Source: Eledone cirrhosa (Eukaryota). Taken from it: 64,000 bases of DNA. Shown in pieces: positions 26,603-39,700 of the stretch; position 1 is the stretch's first letter; each line of letters starts with the position of its first letter. The notes under the pieces are model-generated. The model had not been told where the DNA came from. It saw only the letters and a program-made list of their open reading frames with translations, and made no database searches. Location: the NCBI GenBank assembly GCA_964016885.1, contig OZ024763.1, forward strand, positions 4,526,001 through 4,590,000. Direction: 5' to 3'. The position numbers and the translations under genes are program-made.

Positions 26603-27065
26603 GTGTGTATGTGTAGGAGCAAGTATTTGTGATTAAGGAGTTCACTTAGCAGCCACGTGGTTTCGGATGTGCTTGTAGTTGTAGTTGCAGTGGTAGTGTG
26701 GTGGTGGTGGTGGATACTGTCACAAGTGCATCACTGTAAACTACATGCAATACAGTAAATATTTCTACACTGGTGTTTATTATGCAAGTTGCAGCAACAG
26801 CAGTAATTGCAGCAGCAGTAATAGCAACAACATTAGCAGCAGTAGCAGTAGCAGTTGAAGCTGTAAGAAAAGAGCCAAGAACAAACACACAGACACACAG
26901 AAACTTGGAGAGAAGAGGGTGAAATAGGAGGAGGAGGAGGGAGAGGAGAATGGGGAGGGGGAGAGGAGGAGGAGAAGAAGAAGAAGAAGAAGAAGAAGAA
27001 GAAGATAGAAAATGACACAACGATAAATGTAACAATCCAGGGAGGCAAGACATGAAAACCTTTTT

Positions 27066-27370
27066 ATTGTGGCCTTCATATAACTCCACTTTGTGGCCTT
27101 CATATAACTCAACCTTATGGCCTTCATAAAACTCCACTTTGTGGCCTTCATAAAACTCCACTTTGCGCCCTTCATAAAACTCCACTTTGTGGCCTTCATA
27201 AAACTCCACTTTGCGCCCTTCATAAAACTCCACTTTGTGGCCTTCATAAAACTCCACTTTGCGCCCTTCATAAAACTCCACTTTGTGGCCTTCATAAAAC
27301 TCCACTTTGCGCCCTTCATAAAACTCCACTTTGTGGCCTTCATATAACTCCACTTCAAGGCCTTCATATT
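27066..27370. repeat. 24-bp minisatellite CCTTCATAAAACTCCACTTTG(TGG/CGC)
   Basis: About 12 tandem units with two alternating variants. Confidence 0.92.
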
Positions 27371-28654
27371 TCAAATGAAAAACACATCAAAGCATTTTGA
27401 AAATAATCAAAAGTTTGGAGGGATTCAAACTTTCTTATTTTTAAATTGCTGTTTGGAACATAACTAAACAAAGGTTTTTACATAAAGTTTTCATGAAAGG
27501 TCCTTAGATAAATATAAATGTTTTAACCCTTTTGTTACTATATTTGTTACTATATTTCTCATGCTTAGGATTTTCAAATAAATTTGAAAATAATAAAAAA
27601 TTTAGAGGATTCAGTGACATAAAATTCTCATAATTAAGCTGGTGTTTGGAATATAACCTAACAAAGGTTTCCACATAAAATTATGAAGGAACGTTTTAGA
27701 TATAAACACTTTAAAATAATTATATATCATAGTTTCGAGGGCGGTTTTCGGGAGGTTTGTATCAATAGAGTTAAGGGGAATTACTGGGAGGTGTCTGTGT
27801 GTGTGTGTGTGTGTGGGGTGGGGTGGGGGGTATAGTGCCACCATGCCTGACCTAAAATAAGTGACATGAACTTAAATCCGGCAGAAGGGGTGGAGGCGAC
27901 GAAACCAGTTGTTACCAGTAGCCTCGTTTCTACGATAATTCTTCGATAATTAATTGATGTTTAAAAGTTATTATTGCATGTAGTGTTTATTTTATTTTTC
28001 ATTTTATTTTTTTTAATTTCTTACTTTTAATTCAATTTTTTTTTCTCTTAATTGTGTCATATCAATATTTCTTTTATGATTAAAAAAAAAATCTTTGTGA
28101 CATTGGGAGGGAATAAAAGCACCCACACGCACACGAAATGTGTGTGTCTATACTTGTATTTATGTATATGCAGGGCAGTTACTGGTGTCCCCCTTCGGCA
28201 GCCGGGGGAACCACCAGTGACACCCGTAGCTATTTATTTGTGCCATCTGCTGGGCTTTTTAGTTTTATCCCTTTGACAACAAAACTATTTAATGTCCTTA
28301 ATTAAATTTTCTAAACTTAAGGGACATCAATTTCTTATCATAACAATATTCTGATAGAAAGTATTTGATGTAGGCCTGTAAAGAGGTTGTGCTGGTATCG
28401 CAAGAACAATGCGCCCAGTAAACACAGGAAGGGCATCCAACCATAGAAACCATGCCAAATATGTCATGTATGAGCAAGATGAGCTCTCTCCGATATGTCT
28501 GGTTTCAGACTACAACACCCTGTCCAACACATGCCAGTGTGGAAAGTGGACGTAAAATGGGGATGGTTAGACTTTTTTGAATTTAATACTTGTATGTATA
28601 ACTTTTCAATTTCAATTACTTGCGCCAGTCGACTTTGTTCTTCTTCGTCCACTT

Positions 28655-28935
28655 ATTTCTGAGAGGGTCGTGTGAGGGGCAGAGTCCTCAAACACTCTCT
28701 CCAGTGGGTCTTGTCAGCAGAAACCGTCTCCAACTGATCCGGCTGGATTCCTAAGCTTGACCGGCCAAGAATCTTGGGTAATGACCGAAAGAATACAATC
28801 GCGAACACAAGCAGCCGAAATGGTGTTCCTCCGAATAGTCTTTGGAGTAACGTTACTCGATAGAGTGCGTAGCTCGGAGACCAGAGAGTCACTCCAGGTA
28901 GAGCCGCAACTTCTCCGAATTGAGAGATCACAGCC
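28655..28935. pseudogene. RTE LINE fragment with internal inversion
   Basis: Plus strand 28768-28935 reads ESWVMTERIQSRTQAAEMVFLR..LLDRVRS. Minus strand 28655-28770 reads LGIQPDQLETVSADKTHWR, which lies downstream in the colinear copy at 49385-49775. Confidence 0.75.
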
Positions 28936-29091
28936 AGCTGACTTTTATATGTAAAATTGGGGGTTTGTTGTGTATTCTAATTTTTTATGTATGACCGCGC
29001 CTCAAACCTGAAGTACCACGGGCCCCCGCTAGGTCTTAACCCGGCTCTGTGTATATGGAAATATATACATGTGCATATGCATATATACATA

Positions 29092-29315
29092 TAGTAGAAT
29101 AATCGAGTATCGAAAAATCGGCGCACGAGTTCACGATAAACAAAATTCGAGATGAGCGGCAGAGGGCTCCATAATTCAAATAAATCAGAGCTATAACTAT
29201 CGTTAAAATACAGTCACACGTAGAATATGTCTACAATCAACCAAATAACCGAAAAATTTCGATATGGAAGATTCGGGACACTCAGATAAATTATCAATAA
29301 ATCAATAAATGAAAT
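29092..29315. mobile_element. Family Y second copy
   Basis: Near-identical to 23180-23408. Confidence 0.8.
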
Positions 29316-29469
29316 GATACATATGTGCATATGTATATATATATATGCCCAAATATATAGGGAATGTAACACTCAGTTACTGAAACTTCACCAGAGTGAA
29401 CACTCGATACGTAGTTTCCAGTCGGTAAAGAGATGTAGAACTAAGCAGAGTGTAATTATAATAATAAAA

Positions 29470-29660
29470 GGGCGGTGGATTGGCAGTATCGGTAGAGGGT
29501 CGGACGCCATGCTTTCCAGCATAGTTACGTCCCTTTACGATCTGAGTTCAAATTCCGCCGAGGTTGACTTTGCCTTTCATCCTTACGGGGTCGATAAAAT
29601 AAAGTACCAGTAATGCACTGGGTAATTGCTGGCCTTGTGCCTAAACTATAAACAATTATA
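29470..29660 (+). mobile_element. Full-length tRNA-derived SINE (reference copy)
   Basis: A-box-like TGGCAGTATCGG, B-box GAGTTCAAATTC, conserved core, AATTAT tail and TSD AATTATAATAATAAAA. From memory the core resembles the Meta-type SINE domain (unverified). Confidence 0.92.
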
Positions 29661-29934
29661 ATAATAAAAAATACGATTTATTATGTCTTCATTACATTTA
29701 TTGAGTAGTGACGCGCGTTTCGCTATTAATCAGCTCATAGTTCGATCCGTATCGATATAGCTGACTCTGGAGTCAAAAGCTCGTTGGACCATTTGCTGTG
29801 GAAATGACAGAATGAACCTGTAGGGCTTAGAAAGATCTATAACGATTCACATTCATTTGTGGTGGTCAGTTAATGCTTGTTTGTAAAATCTATTCCAACA
29901 TTAGGTTTTCCTGTTTTTTCTGTTCAAGTTCTTA

Positions 29935-29991
29935 CTGCCTGATGAGGTCATAGCTGTTGAATAATGACTATCACTGAAATATATATAGCAG
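29935..29991 (+). ncRNA. Type I hammerhead ribozyme
   Basis: Stem I CTGC/GCAG; CTGATGA at 29939; imperfect stem II GGTCATAG/CTATCACT; GAAA at 29976; palindromic stem III ATATATAT; UA site. Confidence 0.72.
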
Positions 29992-30040
29992 CGATTATGA
30001 ATAAACCAAGCTAATTTTAACCTGTTGACTTACACTTCCT

Positions 30041-30081
<41 letters not shown>

Positions 30082-30084
30082 CTA

Positions 30085-30408
30085 GGGCGGGTAAAATTCC
30101 CGAGATCCATGGACGAGTTCTCTCCAGCGGTCTCTGTCCCTCATTATTGTTGCCATGTCCTGCATCTCCAACAGACCAGTGTCTGTCCTTAGGGCATCAA
30201 CATACGTTAACCTTGGTCTTCCTCTTCCAGTGTGTCCATGTAGGGGCTCCCACAGGAGCACTGAGTGCAATGTCAACTCTGGATTCGGTGAGCATGTCCA
30301 GTTAACCTCAGTCTCCTCTGTGTCACTTTTGAGCTGACTTTTGGGAGGCTCCCGTACAGCTCTGAGTTTCCCATCCCCAGTGTATACTGATTAATGTTCA
30401 GAGCCATA
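30085..30408 (-). pseudogene. RTE-type LINE 3' end
   Basis: LHSVLLWEPLHGHTGRGRPRLTYVDALRTDTGL..MRDRDRWRELV. Confidence 0.8.
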
Positions 30409-31204
30409 TATATATATATATGCGCGCTCGTGTGTGTGTGTGTGTACATGCCTGTTTTAACTCATTGGTGTAACCCTTTCTGTTACGATGTTTGAAAATA
30501 ATCCAACAATTTGATCAATAGAAGACATTAAATATGTACATGGCATGTCCCAGTCTAGCCAAGATATGATCGTCTCAAATGTTTGAAGCCCCTTACACTA
30601 TAATTGAAAGGGTCACAAATGTAACACACTCTGTCATACTGAAAGTCAATGAGAACTACGTTATGGCTACATCGCGTATCTACGGAATGTGCGGTCACTT
30701 GAACGTTAAATTTGTGTGCATGCTTTCTCGTTGATCGAATGAGCTTAGTCACTCTTCGTCGGAATTGTTAAAGGAACACGTGTATATGGAATAACCCGTT
30801 CACTAATCAGCTGGGATACTCGGCGTCGAAAGTGACGGAGGTCCTACCCCCCCCCCCCATTCTCAAGTAGCTTCTAATTAATTTGAAACAGGTCAACACG
30901 CTGAAGAAGCCATAGAAATAACTACTTCAGTGAATGCTGTGATAGTTAATGTGGCGAGGAAATAGATTTTGATTAATTAAAACTATCTCCATAACCGGAG
31001 AGGAAACCATGAAATTAATGCCTGCAGTCAGGACAATCTAGCGAAAAATAATAAATAAATAATTATGAATTAAAACTAATTTCATAATTAATTTTGACAA
31101 TGTGCAGTCTTAAACACAGTTAATGATCTACCAAATACTGAGTACGACATAATAAGCTTACCAAATAACTTACCGTTGTTAAGAACTATTATTTAATATT
31201 AACA

Positions 31205-31586
31205 ATGGGGCAGTGGATTGGCAGTATCGGTAGAGGGTCGGGCGTCATGTTTTGACGCATGGAGTTATGGCCCTTGCCATTCTGAATTCAAATCCCACCG
31301 AGGTTAACTTTGCCTTTCATCCTTACGGGGTAGATAAAATAAAGTACCAGTAATGTACTGGGGTAATTGCTGGCCTTGTGCCAATAGTAGAAACAATTAT
31401 TTGGATTGGCAGTATCGGTAGAGGGTCGGACGCCATGCTTTCCAGCATAGTTACGTCCCTTTACGGTCTGAGTTCAAATCCCGCCGAGGTTGACTTTGCC
31501 TTTCATCCTTACGGGGTCGATACAATAAAGTACCAGTAATGTACTGGGTAATTGGTGGCCTTGTGCCAAAAGTAGAAACAATTATT
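31205..31586 (+). mobile_element. Head-to-tail SINE dimer
   Basis: Two consecutive copies of different subtypes; ATTATTTAATATTAACAA flanks the pair on both sides. Confidence 0.88.
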
Positions 31587-32071
31587 TAATATTAACAAAC
31601 TATACTGACATTAAACTTTGTACGGAATGTGATACATAGGCATTCCATGTAATGTACACACACGCATACACAGCAATCTAACCCACTTACATTGCACGGC
31701 TTTCTATGTAAACGAACGTTTCACATGTACATATAAGTATATATATATATATAAGTAGTAGAGGTGCAATTTGATTGCGTTCACAGGCGGTATGCCAAGA
31801 TGAGCACTCGATGCTATTGGGGATCAGAGCATCAATAATAATAAATAGGGAACAAAGAATCAGTATTGCATCATACACATATTTAATTACATATTACATA
31901 TGTTCCACTGCCAATCAGCTCGAAGAACGATCGATTATGTTCGTTCCTGACTCTGGAATCGAAAGCTCTTCAGACATGTGTTCTCACATGTAGACGTGAG
32001 TCTACAACAAAACAAAGAATGCAGAGCAATGAAAATATACATTAGTTTGACGCTTAATATAGTAGGAAAAG

Positions 32072-32109
32072 TCTTTAACGTTTCGGACGCTAGTCCTTCG
32101 TCAGAAAAT
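32072..32109 (-). ncRNA. Minimal type I hammerhead ribozyme
   Basis: Minus strand: TTTT-CTGACGA-A-GGAC-TAGC-GTCC-GAAA-CG-TT-AAAG. Stem III is only the palindrome ACGT. Confidence 0.75.
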
Positions 32110-33881
32110 AGAATGAGAAATAAAAGAAAAAAATAGAAAGCTAGAGGAGAGTGAGAAAAGGAAGATACGGAAAAAAATCTTTTTGAAGAAAAAGCACAAG
32201 CGTATTCAATCAGTGACATGGCGATTAGAGAGTTGGATTCACAATTGTAGGGTTGTGTATTCGATGAGTAAAACATTTTAGTTCACATTGCTCTAGAATC
32301 TAGAGCAACGTGATCTAGAGTCTAGATCACTCAGCTGCAGAAATGTGTTGTGACGTCACTGGTGTCAATTTGTGTCGGCCTTTGTCTTTCCACTGGAGAT
32401 TTGCATGCGTGGGTGATTGCTTGTCTTCCGCAAAATACTTTGTCACATATTGTATAACGCAGAATCACCCTCTGAATTACGTTAAACATGCCTGTGTAAT
32501 GTTTAGCTATTTGTACATTAATTTTACGAGAAAGCTTTTCCGTCGATCATCAAACAACTGGAACGGTTGTCAATTCTATACTTGATTATAAAGCAATTAT
32601 AATGGCATCTGCAGTAAATGGCAATGACATAGTTTGGAATAATATTGTAGCTAATTAATCACTGATGAGTTGTCTTTCATAGCGACAAATCATCCAGCAT
32701 TTGCAGTTGATTGGAGAGAACAGTTGTTGATTTGTGTTGAATGTACGCCACTATCATTATGAAAAACCATCATCACTATAAAGTCAAATATATATCGTAA
32801 TAGTTATATATACAACCATACACAACAATCATCATTGTACACCTTCAACATCGTGTAAACCACCATCTCTATATAGTCCACTATATAACATGAAAATTAT
32901 ATATAACAAAATACACGATCATTTTACAGATCAATCACTGTACAAGTTTCTTATCATAGCTATACAACAATGATCGCTATAGATTATCACCACCATCAAT
33001 ATGCAAATATATATGAATCCTCATCACTGTAACAACCAACATCATACACCAACAATATACAACAGCATCTCTATAAAAATCAAAACCATCATCGCTGCGA
33101 ACAAATTTTAATTATTTATACCAATAACACCACTATGTGGTAGTGGTAGTACATGTGGTAGTACATGTGGTAGTACGTGTGGTAGTGGTAGTATATGTGG
33201 TGGTACATAACGCTAGACCACTGCAACTTATAATTGATGACATAATTGAAGACTATGCACGTTGGCCCCCAACACTCCACCTAACATCTACTCTATCAAT
33301 GCCACTTAACGTTGGCAAGTTATAATTCAATTTTTTTAAATACACCACAGTTACTTAACTTAGATAATTATGCCCCTTTATAGCCGCCATTTTAGATAAA
33401 TAAGTTTGTTCTTTTAAACGTATTACGGATCAAGATATGAGCTGTAATGTATATTTACCTCTAAGTATTCCTCTGAAGGAATATTTATACCATTAATGGA
33501 TAAATTCGTTTTGCTTTCCTCCAACATTAAAGACAATGTTTCTTCTCTGAAAATTCTGAAGTGCATGAGCTGCATAATAACATATACGCATACACATATA
33601 TATAGACCTGTTGTATTGTAATTGTACATTAGATGAAACACTGAGTAACAAGTAAATCTTGCTTTTAAATGTATTGTTTTCTCCTTCATATATTTAGTTT
33701 ACACCTGCTCTGCTTCCCTTCTGTGCTGAACTCTCATGAAATATTAACCTCACTATAATATTTAACATTGCACCTCCAGGCACTGGGCACACTTGGCTTC
33801 GGCTATAGGTATCTTACATTTTATATCATAGTTCTTTCTCTTCTACTCGTATGATATGTCTCTTTCTTATATATATATCAT

Positions 33882-33944
<63 letters not shown>

Positions 33945-34106
33945 AAATTAATTGGATGAAAATCAACTAACTTTCATAAAAAATGTTTATTCACCGTTTA
34001 GCGTGGAAAAATGGACGTTAAACGGCGATGATGATGATACACGCATAAATAAATATACATACATATGTGTTTATACATACATATGTATGAATCAATATGT
34101 CTATAT

Positions 34107-35113
34107 AGAGTTACGGTACTTGCCATTCTGAGTTCAAATCCCGCCGAGGTTAACTTTGCTTTTCATCCTTACGGGGTTGATAAAATAAAGTACCAGTAAT
34201 GCACTGGGGTAATTGCTGGCTTTGTGCCAAAAGTAGAAACAATATGTGTATATAACAGTTATTGGTAAATTGTATAAGTGAGTTAGCTTCCTTAGGTTCT
34301 TATTGAAAAAAAAAATGTAAAAAACATCGAAACAATTCGATTTAAATTCAAGGAGATTCGGAGAGAAAAACGAAAGTACCAGTAATGCACTGGGTAATTG
34401 CTGGCTTGTGCCAAAAGTAGAAACAATATGTGTATATAACAGTTATTGGTAAATTGTATAAGTGAGTTAGCTTCCTTAGGTTCTTATTGAAAAAAAAAAT
34501 GTAAAAAACATCGAAACAATTCGATTTAAATTCAAGGAGATTCGGAGAGAAAAACGAAAGTACCAGTAATGCACTGGGGTAATTGCTGGCTTGTGCCAAA
34601 AGTAGAAACAATATGTGTATATAACAGTTATTGGTAAATTGTATAAGTGAGTTAGCTTCCTTAGGTTCTTATTGAAAAAAAAATGTAAAAAACATCGAAA
34701 CAATACGATTTAAATTCAAGGAGATTCGGAGAGAAAAACGAAAGTACCAGTAATGCACTGGGGTAATTGCTGGCTTGTGCCAAAAGTAGAAACAATATGT
34801 GTATATAACAGTTATTGGTAAATTGTATAAGTGAGTTAGCTTCCTTAGGTTCTTATTGAAAAAAAAATGTAAAAAACATCGAAACAATTCGATTTAAATT
34901 CAAGGAGATTCGGAGAGAAAAACGAAAGTACCAGTAATGCACTGGGTAATTGCTGGCTTGTGCCAAAAGTAGAAACAATATGTGTATATAACAGTTATTG
35001 GTAAATTGTATAAGTGAGTTAGCTTCCTTAGGTTCTTATTGAAAAAAAAAATGTAAAAAACATCGAAACAATTCGATTTAAATTCAAGGAGATTCGGAGA
35101 GAAAAAACGAAAG
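34107..35113 (+). repeat. 5'-truncated SINE followed by 5 x ~185-bp tandem of SINE tail plus unique flank
   Basis: Each unit starts AAGTACCAGTAATGCACTGG (SINE 3' part) and continues into about 130 bp of non-SINE sequence ending GAGAAAAACGA. Confidence 0.9.
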
Positions 35114-35228
35114 ACGCAGTGATGTAGATCTGGAAAGAGCGGTTCCAGTCAATACTTTAATTATTATCAATCTACTCAGGATTTTGTGTAAATCCCGTTC
35201 AACAAACAAATAAACTTGCTTTTATATA

Positions 35229-35754
35229 TCTATATATATAAAACTGTGGTTGTCTGTCTGTCTATCGATTTTTGGCACACATCTCCTCTTAGAATCTCTC
35301 ACGGAATTGCACCGAAATTGCTATACTTGTACATTGAGCCCTAGCGAAGACATCGGAAAAAAAAATTTCAAATTGACCCACCCTATGTGACGAAATCGAA
35401 TATAATGTATCGATTTTTGAGTGTAAGTGACGAGTTATTTCCCTTTGTTCTGTTTACATTGAGCGTCTTACGTTGTTTTTCTCTGCGTTGCAGTGTTTAC
35501 ATTTTCGATCTTTGTTAATAAATAACCAGTGCAGTTTTTATCCCCAGCATCCTCTTTTGTTATAACATTCGGGTTATCGTTATGTTTTCTTAACTTCATA
35601 AGGCATATTGTTGGTTGAGGGAATATTAATCAAAAACACCACATGCAAGTCTGCACAGTAGACACTACAGTTTTTAAGCCAAAAAAGAAACTTAACATTG
35701 TAACTTTAACACAGCTACTGAGCGACCCCGAGCAACGCCGGGCTTTACTGCTAG
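35229..35754 (+). mobile_element. Non-autonomous Helitron
   Basis: 5' A|TCTATATATATAAAAC; 3' hairpin CCCGAGCAACGCCGGG about 8 nt before the terminal CTAG|T. Confidence 0.8.
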
Positions 35755-36235
35755 TAGTCTATAGATGTAGATGTTCATTCAACCTTGAAGTGTGGTTGAT
35801 TGGCAGAAATGTTACAGCATCGTACACATTGATTTGTGTCATTTGTTCCTAAATGCTACATTCAGAGTTCAAGCCTCACCAAGGTCAACTTTACCATTCA
35901 TCCTTCTGAGGTTTATATAATCGACTTGTTCCCCCCCCACACACACACACACACCACGCCGAAATTGCTGGCCTTGTGTCAAAATCAGAAATCAATAATT
36001 TTATGTGAAGGCACCTAGCTCAGTGGTTAGTGTGTTCTGCTCATGATTGTCTGAGTTCGATTTCCAGCGATATCTTGAGTCTTTGAGCATGACACGTATT
36101 TTTTTCGCCCATGATGCAATATACCCATTCTTGGGCTCCGAACTCTTAGCGGCGGTGTAAGGGCGCCATTGTGACATTTAAGGTGCTTTGGATATTTAAA
36201 CCTAGCAAATCCCATCCTTTTACATGTCTGAACAC

Positions 36236-36298
<63 letters not shown>

Positions 36299-36554
36299 TC
36301 GACTTTAGTATTTAACTGGTATTTTATTTATTGACCGAGTAAAGATGAGAGGCAAATTGGACGACCTCGGTGGGGTGTGATCTCATAGCATAGAGATCTG
36401 GGTGTTTTAATGATTTGGCCCCCAGTTCTATCATGTTACAGCTCACTCCTATGTAGTGTTAGTTTGGCTTTTATGAGGATGTATCTCGAAAAAGGTTTCT
36501 CAAAATGTTTGATGATGTCGGCTCCAGTACTACCATATTGTTACAACCTATGTT

Positions 36555-36892
36555 AGGTTTAGCTGGCTTCCTATATACTATAGGAACATCCTCAGCTGTT
36601 TTAATGTTACGGATCCCTGTCCCATCAGGTCATTTCTGTTGTTACAGCTCACACCTATGTAGGTTTATCTGGCCTCCTATATACTATAGGAACATCCTCA
36701 GCTGTTTTAATGTTACGGATCCCTGTCCCATCAGGTCATTTCTGTTGTTACAGCTCACACCTATGTAGGTTTATCTGGCTTCCTATATACTATAGGAACA
36801 TCCTCAGCTGTTTTAATGTTACGGATCCCTGTCCCATCAGGTCATTTCTGTTGTTACAGCTCACACCTATGTAGGTTTATCTGGCCTCCTAT
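36555..36892. repeat. ~108-bp tandem repeat (3 copies)
   Basis: Unit CCTATATACTATAGGAACATCCTCAGCTG...CCTATGTAGGTTTATCTGG. Confidence 0.88.
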
Positions 36893-38611
36893 CGTATTGT
36901 ATCTCCTAGGAGGTCTCTTGGTTTTAATGATAGGGGCCCTGGTCCGTGCATACATTGTGGTGGTTCACACCATTGTAGGATTAGCTGGTCTCATACGAGG
37001 TTATATACCATTGGAGGATTCCTGTGTGTTTTAATGATGAGAGTGGTGGGGGTAGGGGGGCTTCGGTCCTATCACGAAAAGCATTGTGAAATGAAGCGTC
37101 TTGCTGTAGAAGCCAGCACCCCAACCAATCCAGGAGACCACCTGGAGTCATTGTAATCACGAGTCTAATAACCTAACCACTAGGCTAAACATCTTCACAG
37201 CTCTGCCTACTTTTGACAAGAAAATATCATGATTCTTCCTTAGAGCTATTAATAGAAATTTAAATACTTAGTATATAAAAGTGGCGGAAGAGTGGTTAAT
37301 TGGTTATAAAATGTTCTGTACACAATAAACAAAGCAGTAAATTGATAAATTCATATTCTGGGATAATAGAAATCAATAACGATGTTATGAAATAAGTGGT
37401 TATATAAAAATTGCTTTGTGATTTTGTATTTTATTTTATTTTAATGGATATCAGAATGTTTACAGGCGATGGTGAAGGCACGTGTCTTAGTGGTTCGGAT
37501 GTTGAACTCACAATTATAAAGTGGAGGGTTCGATTCGTGGACCGGTTGGTACGCTGTGGTCTTTAGAAAGACCCTTTATTTCACACTATCCAGTATTTAA
37601 AGAATCATTATTTCAGAATTGAACGTAACGTTGCACACTGTCTCCTTGAAACTTGTTGACTGCCACATATATTTCACACAGCTACAGTTGCCCCCCCCCC
37701 CCCCCCCGTAAAATGACTACTTTGATTGACAAACGTCACATCAATAAACTGTTAACCCCATCTAGCTTTGAAGTTATGAACTGTTGGACAGGAGTTCAAA
37801 CATGTTATATCGTCTGTGGAACTGGAATGCATACATGTTAGGGCGAGTTTTCTCGTCGACGGCATTGAAGAGGTTAACGAGACTTATTTCTAAAGTCTAC
37901 TGAAAATGTCATGATGGACACACGATCAAACATCTATAGTAGCAGCTCAATGACTTGACTGGCTCAACTAGTTGCAAGAACTTGTTTTTTCATGATAGAA
38001 CTAGAGGCCTCTACAATTAAAACATCCGAGAACATTTCTAAGAGATGCAACATTGTAAGGGGACAACTAAATCTACATAGTTGTGAGCTGTAACAACATG
38101 GTAGGTCTGAGGACCCCATCATTCAAACACCAAAGTAACCTGAAATACACCCTTGAAGAGGTCTAGCTCAACCGACATATGTGTAAGCTGTAACAAAAAC
38201 ACCACCATGAAAGGGCTGGGTATCACTTATCATTAAAACGCTCGAGAAACCTCTTATGAGGTGCAACCTTAAAGGAGGCCAGCTAAACCTGTATGAATGT
38301 GAGCCTAAAATAGTTGTGTGGCTAGAGAGCATAGACATGGTTGTGAAGGGACAGGGTTTAGTGGTCTTGTATCCTTGATCAAGACACTTGATTTCACGTT
38401 GCTCAAGCCATGTCCCACATTGTATTATGATAAATCTCTCTAATGACTTCTTTAAGCGTAAAACTGTGTGGAATGTTCAGCCACTTGCACGCGAATTTCA
38501 TATGCAGGCTGTTCCATTAATCAAATGAACACTCTGGTTAAAACGGGTTGTATGCCACTAGAAACGTCCTAACCACTCAACCATGCCAGCATCTTCCCAA
38601 TGTTATATAAC

Positions 38612-38714
38612 TGTTTCTACTTTTGGCACAAGGCCAGCAATTATTCCAGTGTATTACTGGTACTTTATTTTATCGACCCCGTAAGGATGAAAGGCAAAGT
38701 TAACCTCGGCGGGA
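38612..38714 (-). mobile_element. 5'-truncated SINE
   Basis: Core and tail match the consensus. Confidence 0.85.
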
Positions 38715-38877
38715 TATAACATTACTTGAAATTGGACATAGGTTTACATGTGTGGACACATAACTCCTAACGGTGTCGTAGGGCATCTGTCGTGAATTAC
38801 GCTTTGTCTTGAGTGTTTAAACCTGGCAGAGTCCATCCTCTCTCCAGGTTTTGAACATAGCTGATTTCTTTCAGAGG

Positions 38878-38917
<40 letters not shown>

Positions 38918-38949
38918 GGGAGGCAAGAAAAAGATATAGGGGGAACTTT

Positions 38950-39184
38950 GGTCCCACTATTGGACTGGTAATTGTTTCATCGACCGCAGAAGGATGAAAG
39001 CTAAGTTGACCATGGTGGAATTTGAACACAGAGTGCATAGAAACAGGATGAATGCCGTGAAGCATTCTATCCGACATTCAAACGACATTGCCTATTATCC
39101 CCTTTGGCTAAACCAGTTAAACCTGAGGCAACTCATCTATCGCCATGTCTGAACACAGCTGAACACTCCCAGACAAAGAAAGAG

Positions 39185-39238
<54 letters not shown>

Positions 39239-39700
39239 TAGATAGGGGTGGGGTGCATTCAACCCCAGTATTGGTCTGGTATTTTATTTATTGACCTCAA
39301 AAGCATTAAAGGCAAATTCGAGCTCAAGTTTGAGCTTTGAGCGGAGAAAGTCAGAACAAATACTACAAAATATTCTATCTGACGTTCTTCTGATTCTGCC
39401 AATGTTCCACTTTATATAACAGGTAGTTTAGATGGTGAATTTAATCCTGGTGGAGTTCATACGTGTCCAGGTCTGAATACAGCAAATTTCTTCCAGAGAA
39501 GTAGTGAGAGTCACACAGCGAAAGGGGTGGGGTGGTATCGACCCCAGTATTAGACTGGTACTTTATTTATCAACTTTGAAAAGGATGAAAGACAAAGTTG
39601 ACCTCAATTGGTTTTGAACTTGAAGCAGAGAGAGCCAGAAATGAAGAGTGCGAAACATTCTACGTGACACACTTTAACAACTCTACCACGTTGCCACTCT
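38950..39700 (-). mobile_element. Cluster of three older, diverged SINE relatives
   Basis: Degenerate ACTGGTA..TTTATCGACC..AAGGATGAAAG..AAGTTGACC..TTTGAAC motifs near 38965, 39275 and 39555. Confidence 0.6.

Noticed and set aside
29470-29560. tRNA gene
   Set aside because: It has A/B boxes but no cloverleaf and continues into the SINE core and tail.
30897-30965. CTGAAGA with GCCA/TGGC stem (possible HHR)
   Set aside because: GAAA is replaced by GAGG, and there is no stem I or III.
32656-32713. CTGATGA with AATCA/TGATT stem I
   Set aside because: No GAAA, a weak stem II and no valid UH site; at best a heavily decayed motif.
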